Positions 21,145 to 29,969 of a DNA stretch of 64,000 bases are shown piece after piece. Within the stretch, counting starts at the first letter, position 1. Every line of letters starts with the position of its first letter. A program made the position numbers and the translations under genes. The notes below the pieces were generated by a model. That model was not told where the DNA came from, did not search any database, and was given only the letters and a program-made list of their open reading frames with translations. Origin of the DNA: Trueperaceae bacterium (GTDB taxonomy: Bacteria; Deinococcota; Deinococci; Deinococcales; Trueperaceae); NCBI GenBank assembly GCA_965215565.1, contig CBDCDZ010000004.1:4224001-4288000 (forward strand), in the 5' to 3' direction.

Positions 21145-21789
21145 ATGGCTGAGGTCGGTGTACTCGCGTTGCAAGGCGCGTTCCGCGAACATAGAAGAGC
21201 CTTGGAGCGTCTCGGCGCGGCGGTGCGAGAGGTGCGTTTGCCAGGTCATCTGACGGGGCTCTCCGGCGTCGTCATCCCTGGCGGCGAGTCCACCACAATG
21301 GCGAAGCTGATGTCAGCTTACGGGCTCGGCACCGCTCTAAAAGAGTTTTACGACCGGGGCGGCGCAGTTTGGGGCACGTGCGCAGGGGCCATCTCCGTCG
21401 CGACTGACATCGCAGGTCATCCCGAGCAACCCCGCTTAGGACTTTTGGAGATGAGCATCGCCCGCAACGCCTACGGGCGACAAGTCGCCTCGTTTGAAGC
21501 GGATATCAGTGTCGCGGGTTTTGCCGAACCTTTCCGCGCCCTCTTCATCCGCGCGCCGCGCATCATGAGCGTCGGTCAAGAGGTTGAGGTGTTAGCTGAA
21601 TACGGCAATGATCCGATTATGGTGCGTCACGACAGGCTCATGGCGACGGTTTTCCACCCCGAACTCTCCGGTGATGACCGTGTCCACGCTTATTTTTTAG
21701 AACATGTCCTCGTTCACGCTAGAACAGACGCTTCTAAAATAGACGCTTCTAAAACAGCCGGTGCGCCGCAAGGCGACCCAGCACAATAG
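21145..21789 (+). CDS. pdxT: PLP synthase glutaminase subunit
   Basis: GVLALQGAFREH, PGGEST, GTCAG, FIRAP and FHPE motifs. Confidence 0.95.
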   Translation: MAEVGVLALQGAFREHRRALERLGAAVREVRLPGHLTGLSGVVIPGGESTTMAKLMSAYGLGTALKEFYDRGGAVWGTCAGAISVATDIAGHPEQPRLGLLEMSIARNAYGRQVASFEADISVAGFAEPFRALFIRAPRIMSVGQEVEVLAEYGNDPIMVRHDRLMATVFHPELSGDDRVHAYFLEHVLVHARTDASKIDASKTAGAPQGDPAQ

Positions 21790-22114
21790 CCGCGAACCCC
21801 AAGAGCAGATTGCCGAAGAGGTACGCGCCCGCCCAGCCCCACTGCTCCTCCTGCACGAGCTTATAGCTGTCCAGTTCAAAGGTTGAAAACGTCGTAAACG
21901 AGCCGAGAAAGCCCGTGCCGATGGCGAGTTGCATTGTAGGGGAGAGGCCGGACGTGTTCGCGTGGAAGAGCAGCGACAACAAAAACGAGCCTGTGACGTT
22001 GACCAAGAGGGTGCTGAGGGGAAAGCCGGTGGCGAGCGTCCCCTGAACGAGCAACCCCACGAGATAGCGGCAGAGCGCCCCGAATGCGCCGCCTAGCATC
22101 ACGCCTATAATCAT
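21749..22114 (-). CDS. crcB: Fluoride efflux channel Fluc
   Basis: GGAFGALCRY and GFLGSFTTFSTF motifs. Confidence 0.95.
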   Translation of the reverse strand: MIIGVMLGGAFGALCRYLVGLLVQGTLATGFPLSTLLVNVTGSFLLSLLFHANTSGLSPTMQLAIGTGFLGSFTTFSTFELDSYKLVQEEQWGWAGAYLFGNLLLGFAAIVLGRLAAHRLF

Positions 22115-22231
22115 TATGAGATCAAGCTACCACGTGGACGGGCTTGTGAATCTGTGAAAATAAAGCTGTAGAGGATTGCTTTCGAGCCTACTGGATTCGA
22201 ACCGCGCCCGTGTCGAAGAGGAAAACATCCC

Positions 22232-22570
22232 CTACAAACAAGCTACCTCACGTTTGAACGAAAGGACGTAGAAAAGCGCTTCAGCGAGGGGCTGTGTGTA
22301 CTTAGGCTCGAGGCTCGCCGCGTCCACGTCGAACCAAAGCTGCGTCACGCCCTGCTGCAACGCCGCGCGCAAAAACTCCTCTTTCGCCCGAAAGTCCTCC
22401 AGAGTATGGACGCTGACCTCTTCGGGCAGGTTGTGTAGGTGCGCCGACGCGAGCGCGATGTCCCTAAAGACGAGCACGCTTTTGTGCCTTTCATGCAGCA
22501 TCACGAAGTCGAACGCGCTGCTGCTTGGGTTGCGTCCGAGGTAATAGAGGGAGTGGTCTAAAACTGCCAC
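22232..22570 (-). CDS. Hypothetical protein, ~112 aa
   Basis: GTG at 22570 lies 6 nt after TACGCT; globular-looking sequence. Confidence 0.65.
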   Translation of the reverse strand: MAVLDHSLYYLGRNPSSSAFDFVMLHERHKSVLVFRDIALASAHLHNLPEEVSVHTLEDFRAKEEFLRAALQQGVTQLWFDVDAASLEPKYTQPLAEALFYVLSFKREVACL

Positions 22571-22638
22571 CTCTTTAGCGTAGCAAAGTGGAGGGCGATT
22601 CTTCGGATGTGAGATACGAGGGCTAGCTCGAGCCCTAC

Positions 22639-22804
22639 TTGACCCCAGAACCCACCTCCTCGTATACTCCACACCATGACCCGCATTCCTCACGTGACGA
22701 ACGACGTACAGGTCCCGTCCACGTCTAGGGGTGCGCTCAGCTAGGCTGACGCTTTCACGCTTGTGCGCCCCGCCACCTCTTATGGTTGGCGGGGTTTTTC
22801 TTTT
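22639..22804 (+). promoter_or_regulatory. proS promoter and attenuator leader (leaderless uORF, antiterminator, terminator)
   Basis: TTGACC-18-TATACT; ATG 22676 to TAG 22744; GGGGTGCGC/GTGCGCCCC pairing; CCCCGCCA/TGGCGGGG stem followed by TTTTTCTTTT. Confidence 0.7.
22676..22744 (+). CDS. Putative leader peptide MTRIPHVTNDVQVPSTSRGALS (22 aa)
   Basis: ATG 7 nt after the -10 box; ends just before the terminator. Confidence 0.55.
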   Translation: MTRIPHVTNDVQVPSTSRGALS

Positions 22805-22834
22805 GGGCGCAGTTCAGCCAGAAAGAGGTGAACC

Positions 22835-24691
22835 ATGAGAATGAGTCAGCTTTTCTTCCGAACCTTGCGTGACACGCCCGCCGAGGCGGACACCGCCGGT
22901 CACAGTCTGCTGCTGCGCGGCGGGTTCGTCCAGCAGCTAGGCGCGGGGCTCTTCGACCTCTTACCACTCGGGCTCAGGGTGAAGCGGAAGGTTGAGGCGG
23001 TCATTCGCGAGGAGTTGGACGCGCTCGGCGCGCAAGAGGTCCTCTTTCCGCTCGTGCAGCCCGCCGACTTGTGGGAGCGCAGCGGGCGCTGGCGAGGCGT
23101 CGGCGGCGAGATGGCGCGCTTCACGGACCGGGCAGGGCGCGCGCTCTGCCTCGGCATGACGCACGAAGAGGTGGCGGCGGACGCGGCGCGTCACGCCGTG
23201 CGCAGCTACCGCCAACTCCCTGTCACGCTCTACCAGATAGGGACGAAGTTTCGCGATGAGCCCAGGGCGAGGGGCGGGCTCATCCGTTTGAGAGAATTCA
23301 CCATGAACGACGCTTATTCGTTCCACGCGGACGCGCAGAGTTTGGAGGTGATGTACCGGGAGATGTACGCCGCGTACAGGCGCATCTTCTCGCGCCTCGG
23401 TCTGAGCGTCGTCGCGGTGGAGAGCGACATGGGCATGATGGGTGGGGACTCGGATGGGGACGCGGAGGCGAGCGGCGCGCACGAGTTCATGGTGCTCACG
23501 CCTATAGGTGAGGACACGCTATTACTCTGCACCGAGTGTGACTACAAAGCGAACCGCCAGGTGGCGAGGTTTAGGAAGCCTAATGTGAACGCCGAAGAGG
23601 TCAAAGAGGTGGAACGCGTAGAGACACCCGGTACGAAGACGATCGAGGCGCTCGCTGACCTCTTGAACGTCCCTAAGTCGCGCACGGCTAAAGCGGTGTT
23701 TTTCGTCGCTGAACCCGCCGCTGAACCCATTGCTGAACCCGTTGCCGAATCAGAAGCGCAAGAGGAGGTCCGGGCGCGTTTCGTCTTCGCCCTGCTGCGC
23801 GGCGACATGACGCTTAGCGAGACGAAGCTCAGCGCTAAGCTAGGTGCACATATCGGCGCACACAGCTTGCGCCCCGCCACTGAAGAGGAGATTCGCTCCG
23901 TCGGGGCGGAGCCCGGTTACGCTTCACCTCTTAGTCTTACAGGGGACGTTCTACTCGTTGTAGACGACGCTGTGACTCTCTCTCCCAACCTCGTCGCCGG
24001 GGCGAACCGGGCGGGCTATCACCTCACGAACACGAATTACGGACGCGATTACAGCGCCGACCTCATCGCCGACATCGCGGCTGCGTCCGAGGGCGACGCT
24101 TGCCCTCGGTGCGGCGCGCAGATGGTAGCGCGGCGCGGCGTTGAGGTAGGCAACATCTTCAAACTAGGGACGAAGTACAGCGGGGCGTTGGGGGCTACCT
24201 ATCTGGACCGTGACGGCGCGGCGCACCCTCTCGTGATGGGGAGCTACGGCGTCGGCGTAGAGCGCACCCTCGCCTGCGTCGCTGAGTTGCACCGCGACGA
24301 CGCGGGTCTCTGCTGGACTGTGAGCACCGCGCCCTACCACGTGGCGCTCGTTTCGCTCGGCGGCGCGCGCTTCCCCGATGTAGCGGAAGCGGCTGAGGTG
24401 CTCTACGCGGACCTTGTGGCGGCAGGATTGGAGCCCCTCTTCGATGACAGAGACGCGAGCGCAGGCGTCAAGTTCGGCGACGCGGACCTGCTCGGGCTGC
24501 CTCTGCGGGTGACGGTAGGGCGTAGAGGGTTAGCCGAAGGCGTCGCCGAGGTCAAGGTGCGGCGCACGGGTGAAGTCGAGAAGGTGGCGCTGGCCTCTCT
24601 GGTGGAGACTCTCGAGACCAAACTCCGCGACCTCCAACGCGAAGAGACCCGTGAAGCGCATACTCCTCCTGTCCCTTTTCAGGTAGGCTAA
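22835..24691 (+). CDS. proS: Proline--tRNA ligase, bacterial type with INS editing domain
   Basis: MRMSQLF, LGMTHEE, KFRDEPRARGGLIRLREFTMND, GAN editing loop and EVGNIFKLG motifs. Confidence 0.96.
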   Translation: MRMSQLFFRTLRDTPAEADTAGHSLLLRGGFVQQLGAGLFDLLPLGLRVKRKVEAVIREELDALGAQEVLFPLVQPADLWERSGRWRGVGGEMARFTDRAGRALCLGMTHEEVAADAARHAVRSYRQLPVTLYQIGTKFRDEPRARGGLIRLREFTMNDAYSFHADAQSLEVMYREMYAAYRRIFSRLGLSVVAVESDMGMMGGDSDGDAEASGAHEFMVLTPIGEDTLLLCTECDYKANRQVARFRKPNVNAEEVKEVERVETPGTKTIEALADLLNVPKSRTAKAVFFVAEPAAEPIAEPVAESEAQEEVRARFVFALLRGDMTLSETKLSAKLGAHIGAHSLRPATEEEIRSVGAEPGYASPLSLTGDVLLVVDDAVTLSPNLVAGANRAGYHLTNTNYGRDYSADLIADIAAASEGDACPRCGAQMVARRGVEVGNIFKLGTKYSGALGATYLDRDGAAHPLVMGSYGVGVERTLACVAELHRDDAGLCWTVSTAPYHVALVSLGGARFPDVAEAAEVLYADLVAAGLEPLFDDRDASAGVKFGDADLLGLPLRVTVGRRGLAEGVAEVKVRRTGEVEKVALASLVETLETKLRDLQREETREAHTPPVPFQVG

Positions 24692-24695
24692 GCTC

Positions 24696-25973
24696 ATGCT
24701 GGACCTTAAATTCATCCGTGAAAACCCCGAAACCGTCCGCAAAGCGATTCGCGACAAGCAACTCGGCACGCAGCCCAAGCTGGACCAACTCCTCTTAGTG
24801 GATGAAGAGTACCGCCTCTTGCGCAGTGACTTAGAGAAGAAACAAGCCGAGCGCAACGCGAGTAGCAAAAAGATTGGTCAACTCAAGCGCAAAGGCGAAA
24901 ATGCCGACGACCTCATCCGGGGGATGGGCGAGCTGTCGGGTGAAGTCAAGAGCTTGGAGGAAAAGGAGCGGAGCTTACAGCACCAGTTGGAGGGGCTGAT
25001 GCTGGAGATTCCCAACATCCCCCATGAGAGCGTGCCCTATGGCGAAAGCGAGCACGATAACGTCGTGGTGCACGAACGCGGCGAGAAACCGAGCTTTGAC
25101 TTTTCGCCTAAACCGCACTGGGACCTCGCGACCGCGAGAGGCTGGATAGACTTTGAGGCGGGCGTCAAGACGACGGGCGCGGGCTTTCCCATCTTCAAAG
25201 GGGACGGCGCTAAACTCGTACGCGCGCTCAAGAACTACTTTTTGGACACGCTCGCCGAAAAAGGTTATACCGAGGTCACGCCGCCCGTCATGGTCAACGC
25301 CGAATCCGCCACCGCGACGGGACAGTTGCCCGACAAAGAGGGGCAGATGTATGAGGTTACGGACGGCTTCTACCTCATCCCGACCTCCGAGGTGCCCGTC
25401 ACGAACCTCTACCGGGGCGAAATTTTGGACGAAGCCGACTTGCCCCTCAAGCTCACCGCCTACACGCCGAATTTCCGCCGCGAGGCGGGCTCGTACGGTA
25501 AAGAGGTGCGCGGCGTGAACCGCGTCCATCAGTTCGACAAGGTGGAGATGGTGCAGTTCGTGACGCCTGAAACGAGCTATGAGGTCTTGGAGGCGATGAC
25601 CGAAATTTCTGAGGGCATCTTGGAGGCGCTAGACCTACCCTACCGCAGGCTCTCGATGTGCACGGGCGACATGGGCTTCACGCAGGCGAAGAAGTACGAC
25701 TTAGAGGTGTGGAGCGCGGGTCAAGCGCGCTGGCTCGAGGTCTCCTCCATCAGCAACCTCACCGACTTCCAGGCGCGGCGCATGTTGACGCGCTACCGCA
25801 CGGGCGGGGCGCAAGGCAAGAGTAAGCCCGAGCTGGTGCATACGCTCAACGGGAGCGCTCTGGCTTTTCCGCGCACGATTGCGGCGATTATGGAGAACTT
25901 TCAAAGCGAAGACGGAACGGTAAAGGTGCCGGAGCCGGTGCAAAAGTATTTTGGCAAGGAGACGCTGGAGTAG
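24696..25973 (+). CDS. serS: Serine--tRNA ligase
   Basis: MLDLKFIR, LIPTSEVP, FRREAGSYG, RVHQF and HTLNGSAL motifs. Confidence 0.97.
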   Translation: MLDLKFIRENPETVRKAIRDKQLGTQPKLDQLLLVDEEYRLLRSDLEKKQAERNASSKKIGQLKRKGENADDLIRGMGELSGEVKSLEEKERSLQHQLEGLMLEIPNIPHESVPYGESEHDNVVVHERGEKPSFDFSPKPHWDLATARGWIDFEAGVKTTGAGFPIFKGDGAKLVRALKNYFLDTLAEKGYTEVTPPVMVNAESATATGQLPDKEGQMYEVTDGFYLIPTSEVPVTNLYRGEILDEADLPLKLTAYTPNFRREAGSYGKEVRGVNRVHQFDKVEMVQFVTPETSYEVLEAMTEISEGILEALDLPYRRLSMCTGDMGFTQAKKYDLEVWSAGQARWLEVSSISNLTDFQARRMLTRYRTGGAQGKSKPELVHTLNGSALAFPRTIAAIMENFQSEDGTVKVPEPVQKYFGKETLE

Positions 25974-25995
25974 TAGGGTTGCCCATGCGCGACCT

Positions 25996-26029
25996 AGAGT
26001 AAGGGCGGGTTAAGACCCGCCCTTACTCT
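25996..26029. repeat. REP-like perfect hairpin or terminator between convergent genes
   Basis: AGAGTAAGGGCGGGT-TAAG-ACCCGCCCTTACTCT, 15-bp stem. Confidence 0.7.
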
Positions 26030-26066
26030 GCCAGAGAACTCTATCTACCTTTTGAGCGCCGTATTT

Positions 26067-26642
26067 CTAAGGATTCTCCGGCGCTACAGGCGTAATGTCT
26101 GCGGGTCTCTCGACTGGGACGACTGACTGTGAAGGAAAACGCTCGCGCAAATCCTCCACGACTTGCGCCATGAAGCGGTCCGCGCTCCGAGAGGTAGTGC
26201 CGTCCGGTCCGGTACTCGAGTACACCAGCGTCGCCCCCCGCTCTACTGGGCGCAGCACCGCGCTGACGACCGTGCGTTCCGGCTCTCTCGCCGGTACGGG
26301 CACGTATACGCGGAAGAAGGGACCGAAGAAGACGCCGTCCTCATCGCCCTGGTCCTCGTAACGTCGGCTGCGGAGCGTGACGGAACTGCGCGGGCTCCGC
26401 TCGTTTCTGACCGCCGTGATGAGCCCCGTGTCGCGGTCCGCTTCGACGATGGCAAACGTCAGGCGTGTTCCCCCCGAGCGCACGTACGTGCTCGTCATCT
26501 CCTGCAACGTCGCGTCGAAAAGCGCGTTGTAGCGGGCGCTAAAAAAGAGGGGTTCCTCGGGCGGCAGGGTGCTCGTGACGGGCGCACACGCGGCGAGAAT
26601 GACGAGTAGCGTAGAGAAGCTGAGGGCGCGAATTCCTTTCAT
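26067..26642 (-). CDS. Hypothetical lipoprotein
   Basis: Lipobox LAAC; AGGAGG RBS. Confidence 0.75.
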   Translation of the reverse strand: MKGIRALSFSTLLVILAACAPVTSTLPPEEPLFFSARYNALFDATLQEMTSTYVRSGGTRLTFAIVEADRDTGLITAVRNERSPRSSVTLRSRRYEDQGDEDGVFFGPFFRVYVPVPAREPERTVVSAVLRPVERGATLVYSSTGPDGTTSRSADRFMAQVVEDLRERFPSQSVVPVERPADITPVAPENP

Positions 26643-26741
26643 AACGTTCCTCCTAAACGGGTTAGTAGCCCATCATAACGCCGCAAGGAACCCTCTACGG
26701 TGAGGAAATCTCGCACTTTCATGAAGGTTTAGGTGTAAACA

Positions 26742-27050
26742 TTAAGCGTCCGCGTCCACCGTACGCGGCACTTTGAAGTAGCCCTCTTCCTCTTCGACGG
26801 CGAGCCTCAACGTGTCGGCTTGCTCCAGGCTAGGGCGCACGACGTCTTCGCGAAACACGTTGTGACTCGGCGTCGGGCGCACGAGTTCGCTCACGCCGTC
26901 CGTGTCCAGTTCGCGTATCTGCTCGAAGTAGTCCAAGATTGTGTTGAGGTCCTCTTTGAGGTGCTGGGTCTCTTCTGGGTCAATCTCTAAGCGGGCGAGC
27001 GTTTTGAGGTGCGCCATCTCCTCGTCGCTGATGATCGGTTTATTGGACAT
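26742..27050 (-). CDS. gatC: Asp/Glu-tRNA amidotransferase subunit C
   Basis: HLKTLARL, NVFRED and YFKVP motifs; ATG 6 nt after TACACT. Confidence 0.93.
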   Translation of the reverse strand: MSNKPIISDEEMAHLKTLARLEIDPEETQHLKEDLNTILDYFEQIRELDTDGVSELVRPTPSHNVFREDVVRPSLEQADTLRLAVEEEEGYFKVPRTVDADA

Positions 27051-27204
27051 GAGGTGAGTGTACCACGTGCTATCTCAGACTCTGCAGTCGGTTGATGAGT
27101 AGAATACAGAACGGAGAATAAAGCGTACGCCGCAGCCTACCTTCTACATTCTTGCTCGTCTCTCGAGGACGTTTGTCCTCACCTACTTGGAGTAGACTGT
27201 CCCT

Positions 27205-27615
27205 ATGAAACGCGGTCTCAGTCTTTTAGCCATCCTCTTTTTACTCCTTAGTTGCAACGCTCCATCAGAAGGAAGTGCACAGGCCCAAGAGGCGCAGGGC
27301 GAGTCGGGGAGCAGCCCCACCGCCGTGCGCACCGAGTTGGAGGGCGAGCCTGCGCTGGGCGAGGCTAAGGTGCGCGTCTATGTCTTGGAAAATAACGAAG
27401 GTGTCTCGGGCGCAACCGTCGAAGTCACAGGCGATATGACCCACGCAGGCATGGCTCCGGTCACGGCTACCGCGAAAGAGGTCGGCGCGGGGCTCTACGA
27501 GACTGAGGGCTTCGAGTTCACGATGGCGGGCGACTGGCTCCTCACCTCCGAAGTGGTGTATCCTGATGGGACCGAAGTGGAAGATACCACGGCGCTGAGC
27601 GTACCTGGACAGTAG
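27205..27615 (+). CDS. YtkA/FixH-like lipoprotein (putative copper chaperone)
   Basis: Lipobox LLSC; GDMTHAGMAP, GLY and FTMAGDW motifs; ATG 6 nt after TAGACT. Confidence 0.8.
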   Translation: MKRGLSLLAILFLLLSCNAPSEGSAQAQEAQGESGSSPTAVRTELEGEPALGEAKVRVYVLENNEGVSGATVEVTGDMTHAGMAPVTATAKEVGAGLYETEGFEFTMAGDWLLTSEVVYPDGTEVEDTTALSVPGQ

Positions 27616-27626
27616 TTTGACCTGAT

Positions 27627-27947
27627 ATGAGACCTTCGCAAGACATCCTGAGAACTGCCTGCCGCGCAGGTAGAGGGGCGTTCTTCGCGTTTCTGCTGAC
27701 CTCGGCGCTCTTCGCCTCGCCCTTTTTGGCGGCGCAGCAGGATTTCGGACATACGCACCCAGAAGGCACGCCGCCGCATGTCCACGGCGTCTCGAGCGTC
27801 TTAGGTCACACACTTGTTACACCTGTCGTCACCTCCGTAGCGGTCAGCTTCGCGGTTATCTTTGTCTTATCTCTTACCTACACCTCTTTAGTTCTAGCTC
27901 CCCCTAGAAACCCCGCTCACGGGGTTCGCGCGCCACCTTTTGCTTAG
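27627..27947 (+). CDS. Small membrane protein with His-rich motif and C-terminal RAPP (putative arrest/leader peptide)
   Basis: Signal/TM segment, GHTHPEGTPPHVH, second hydrophobic segment, ends in GVRAPPFA*. Confidence 0.75.
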   Translation: MRPSQDILRTACRAGRGAFFAFLLTSALFASPFLAAQQDFGHTHPEGTPPHVHGVSSVLGHTLVTPVVTSVAVSFAVIFVLSLTYTSLVLAPPRNPAHGVRAPPFA

Positions 27948-28127
27948 CGTTTGACAGAGTCACACCTCTTTTTTAGTTTTCCACCTCTTGTGGACGACTC
28001 GAGCAACTCGAGCCTGTTCATAGATGTTGAGCCAGTGGAATAAGGTGTGAGGCTAGTCCCCGAGCTTCTCTAAGCTCGACTATCTTTACTCACCTCTTCT
28101 AATTCTAAGCAGAAGGAGTTTCATTCG

Positions 28128-28592
28128 ATGAAACGCATTTTCTTCGCGCTGATTCTATGCGGCGCGGCTTTCGGGGTGGCGTCGGCGCACGCCTATCTCG
28201 AGACTTCAAACCCTGCGACGGGCGCAACCTTACAAGCTGCACCCGAGCAAATCGTCCTGAATTTCAGTGAGCCTTTGGAGCTGCGCTTCAGCACCTTCAA
28301 AGTCGCCCCTCTGGAAACGGACGCCGCCGACCCGCGTGAGATCAAACTTGCCGCTATGGACCTTGTGGAAGAGGTTGTGGGAACAGACGAGGTGCAGTTA
28401 GAGGTGGACGTGCTCACCTCGGAGCGCACCGCTAAAGAGGTTGTGCTCGGACTGCCCGACCTCGCACCTGGCACGTACGTCGTCATGTGGCGGCTCCTCT
28501 CCACCGACACGCACACCTCGGACGACTTCGTCACCTTCACCGTCTCACCTGACGCGAATACATCTAGCACGGATACGTCCGCAGGGAATTAG
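28128..28592 (+). CDS. copC: Copper-binding protein CopC
   Basis: Signal then HAYLETSNP; LNFSEP; PGTYVVMWRLLSTDTH. Confidence 0.88.
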   Translation: MKRIFFALILCGAAFGVASAHAYLETSNPATGATLQAAPEQIVLNFSEPLELRFSTFKVAPLETDAADPREIKLAAMDLVEEVVGTDEVQLEVDVLTSERTAKEVVLGLPDLAPGTYVVMWRLLSTDTHTSDDFVTFTVSPDANTSSTDTSAGN

Positions 28593-29536
28593 TGCTCGCG
28601 CTCGTCAAAGCGAGCTTGCTCTTGGGCGCGGTGCTGCTGATTGGCGCGGGCGTCTTCGGACGTTTCGTCGCGCCGGAGCTGCGCGAAGAGGTCCGAACGC
28701 CGCTCCGTTGGGGCGTTCTGACGGGTGCAGCCGTGCTCCTTATCGGGAGCGCAGTGGACGTGACGAAGACCGTGAATAACGCGCTTGGCAGGCACGACGC
28801 CGCGTTTTTGCTCGAGTACATGCGCTTCACGCGCCACGGCAACGCGGTGCTCGTGCGGCTCGGGCTCGTCGTCGTCGTCGCGTTTTTCACGCTCAGATGG
28901 GCAGCTCCGAACACCGCACCCTCGTTCGCGCGGCGAACCAATCACGCGCTCTACCTCGTCTCGAGCCTCGGCTTACTCGCTACCTTTAGCTGGACGAGTC
29001 ACGCGGCGACGATGGGCGGCACGCCCCCCTTGCTCGCGGACCTCGCGCACTTCGCGGCGGCGAGCGCGTGGTCCGGCGCAGTGCTCTACTTGGCGCTCGC
29101 GCCGGTGTGGGGGGAGGGGCAGCGGACGAAGTTGAACCGGGCGCTCGCTAGAGTGTCCGCGCTCGGCTTAGCGTGCGTCGCGCTTCTCTTCGTCACGGGC
29201 GGCTACACCTCTCTCATTCACCTGCAAAACCCCGAACGCTTCGCCCAGTCACCTTACGGTCAGGCGCTCATCTATAAGCTGCTGCTCGTCGCCGTTATTG
29301 TCGGGCTCGCAGCGTATAACCAGCTTTGGCTCCTGCCTGCTTCGCTCAAAGGAAAGCTTACGCGGCGCTTCAGACGGGTGATGAGGCTCGAGGCGCTGAC
29401 CCTCGTCGCCGTCTTTATCACCACGGGTGTTCTCACCACGAGCGCGGTGCCCCACGAACCCGGTGTTCAACCCACCGCATTAGAAAACCTCACGACCTTG
29501 CTGCGCTACTTAGGCGCATTCCTCAAAGGAGCTTGA
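28592..29536 (+). CDS. copD: CopD-family copper transport membrane protein
   Basis: SHAA, HFAAASAWSG and YGQALIYKLLLV...N motifs; multiple TMs. Confidence 0.88.
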   Translation: MLALVKASLLLGAVLLIGAGVFGRFVAPELREEVRTPLRWGVLTGAAVLLIGSAVDVTKTVNNALGRHDAAFLLEYMRFTRHGNAVLVRLGLVVVVAFFTLRWAAPNTAPSFARRTNHALYLVSSLGLLATFSWTSHAATMGGTPPLLADLAHFAAASAWSGAVLYLALAPVWGEGQRTKLNRALARVSALGLACVALLFVTGGYTSLIHLQNPERFAQSPYGQALIYKLLLVAVIVGLAAYNQLWLLPASLKGKLTRRFRRVMRLEALTLVAVFITTGVLTTSAVPHEPGVQPTALENLTTLLRYLGAFLKGA

Positions 29537-29537
29537 C

Positions 29538-29969
29538 ATGACTACCCTCGCTAAGCTCGCCCTGACCCTTCTTTTCGCCCTCGGTGCGCTCGCCTTCGCG
29601 CACGAAACTCGTACCCTCGAGGCTGGCGACGGCGCGCAGTACGACGTGACCGTAGGATTGCTTAACGAGCCTATTTACAACACGGTGCGTACGGGTGTTG
29701 ACCTCATCATCCGCATGACGGCAGATGAAACGCCTGTGGAGAACCTGGAGAGCAGCCTTCAAGCCGACATCACCTCACCAGACGGCTCGGTAACTCGCAC
29801 CCTCACGCTCAGACCGCAGTACAATAAACCCGGTTACTACACTGCCGACCTCATGCTCGCTGAGCCTGGCACCTATGACGTGCGCGTGTACGGTATTATC
29901 GGCGAAATGGAGGTGGACGAGACCTACCCGCGCGAAGTCGCCGACATCAGCGAGATTCGCTTCCCGTGA
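29538..29969 (+). CDS. Secreted Ig-like protein with predicted N-terminal His (putative Cu-binding)
   Basis: AFA|HETR; VGLLNEP; PGYYTA...PGTY. Confidence 0.7.
   Translation: MTTLAKLALTLLFALGALAFAHETRTLEAGDGAQYDVTVGLLNEPIYNTVRTGVDLIIRMTADETPVENLESSLQADITSPDGSVTRTLTLRPQYNKPGYYTADLMLAEPGTYDVRVYGIIGEMEVDETYPREVADISEIRFP

Noticed and set aside
22676..22804. T-box riboswitch upstream of proS
   Set aside because: The leader is short, with no GGTGGnACC T-box sequence or specifier stem recognisable; a uORF attenuator fits better
15287..27050. Co-occurrence of asnS and a stand-alone gatC as a novelty
   Set aside because: AsnRS together with GatCAB, and dispersed gat genes, are known in Deinococcus-Thermus
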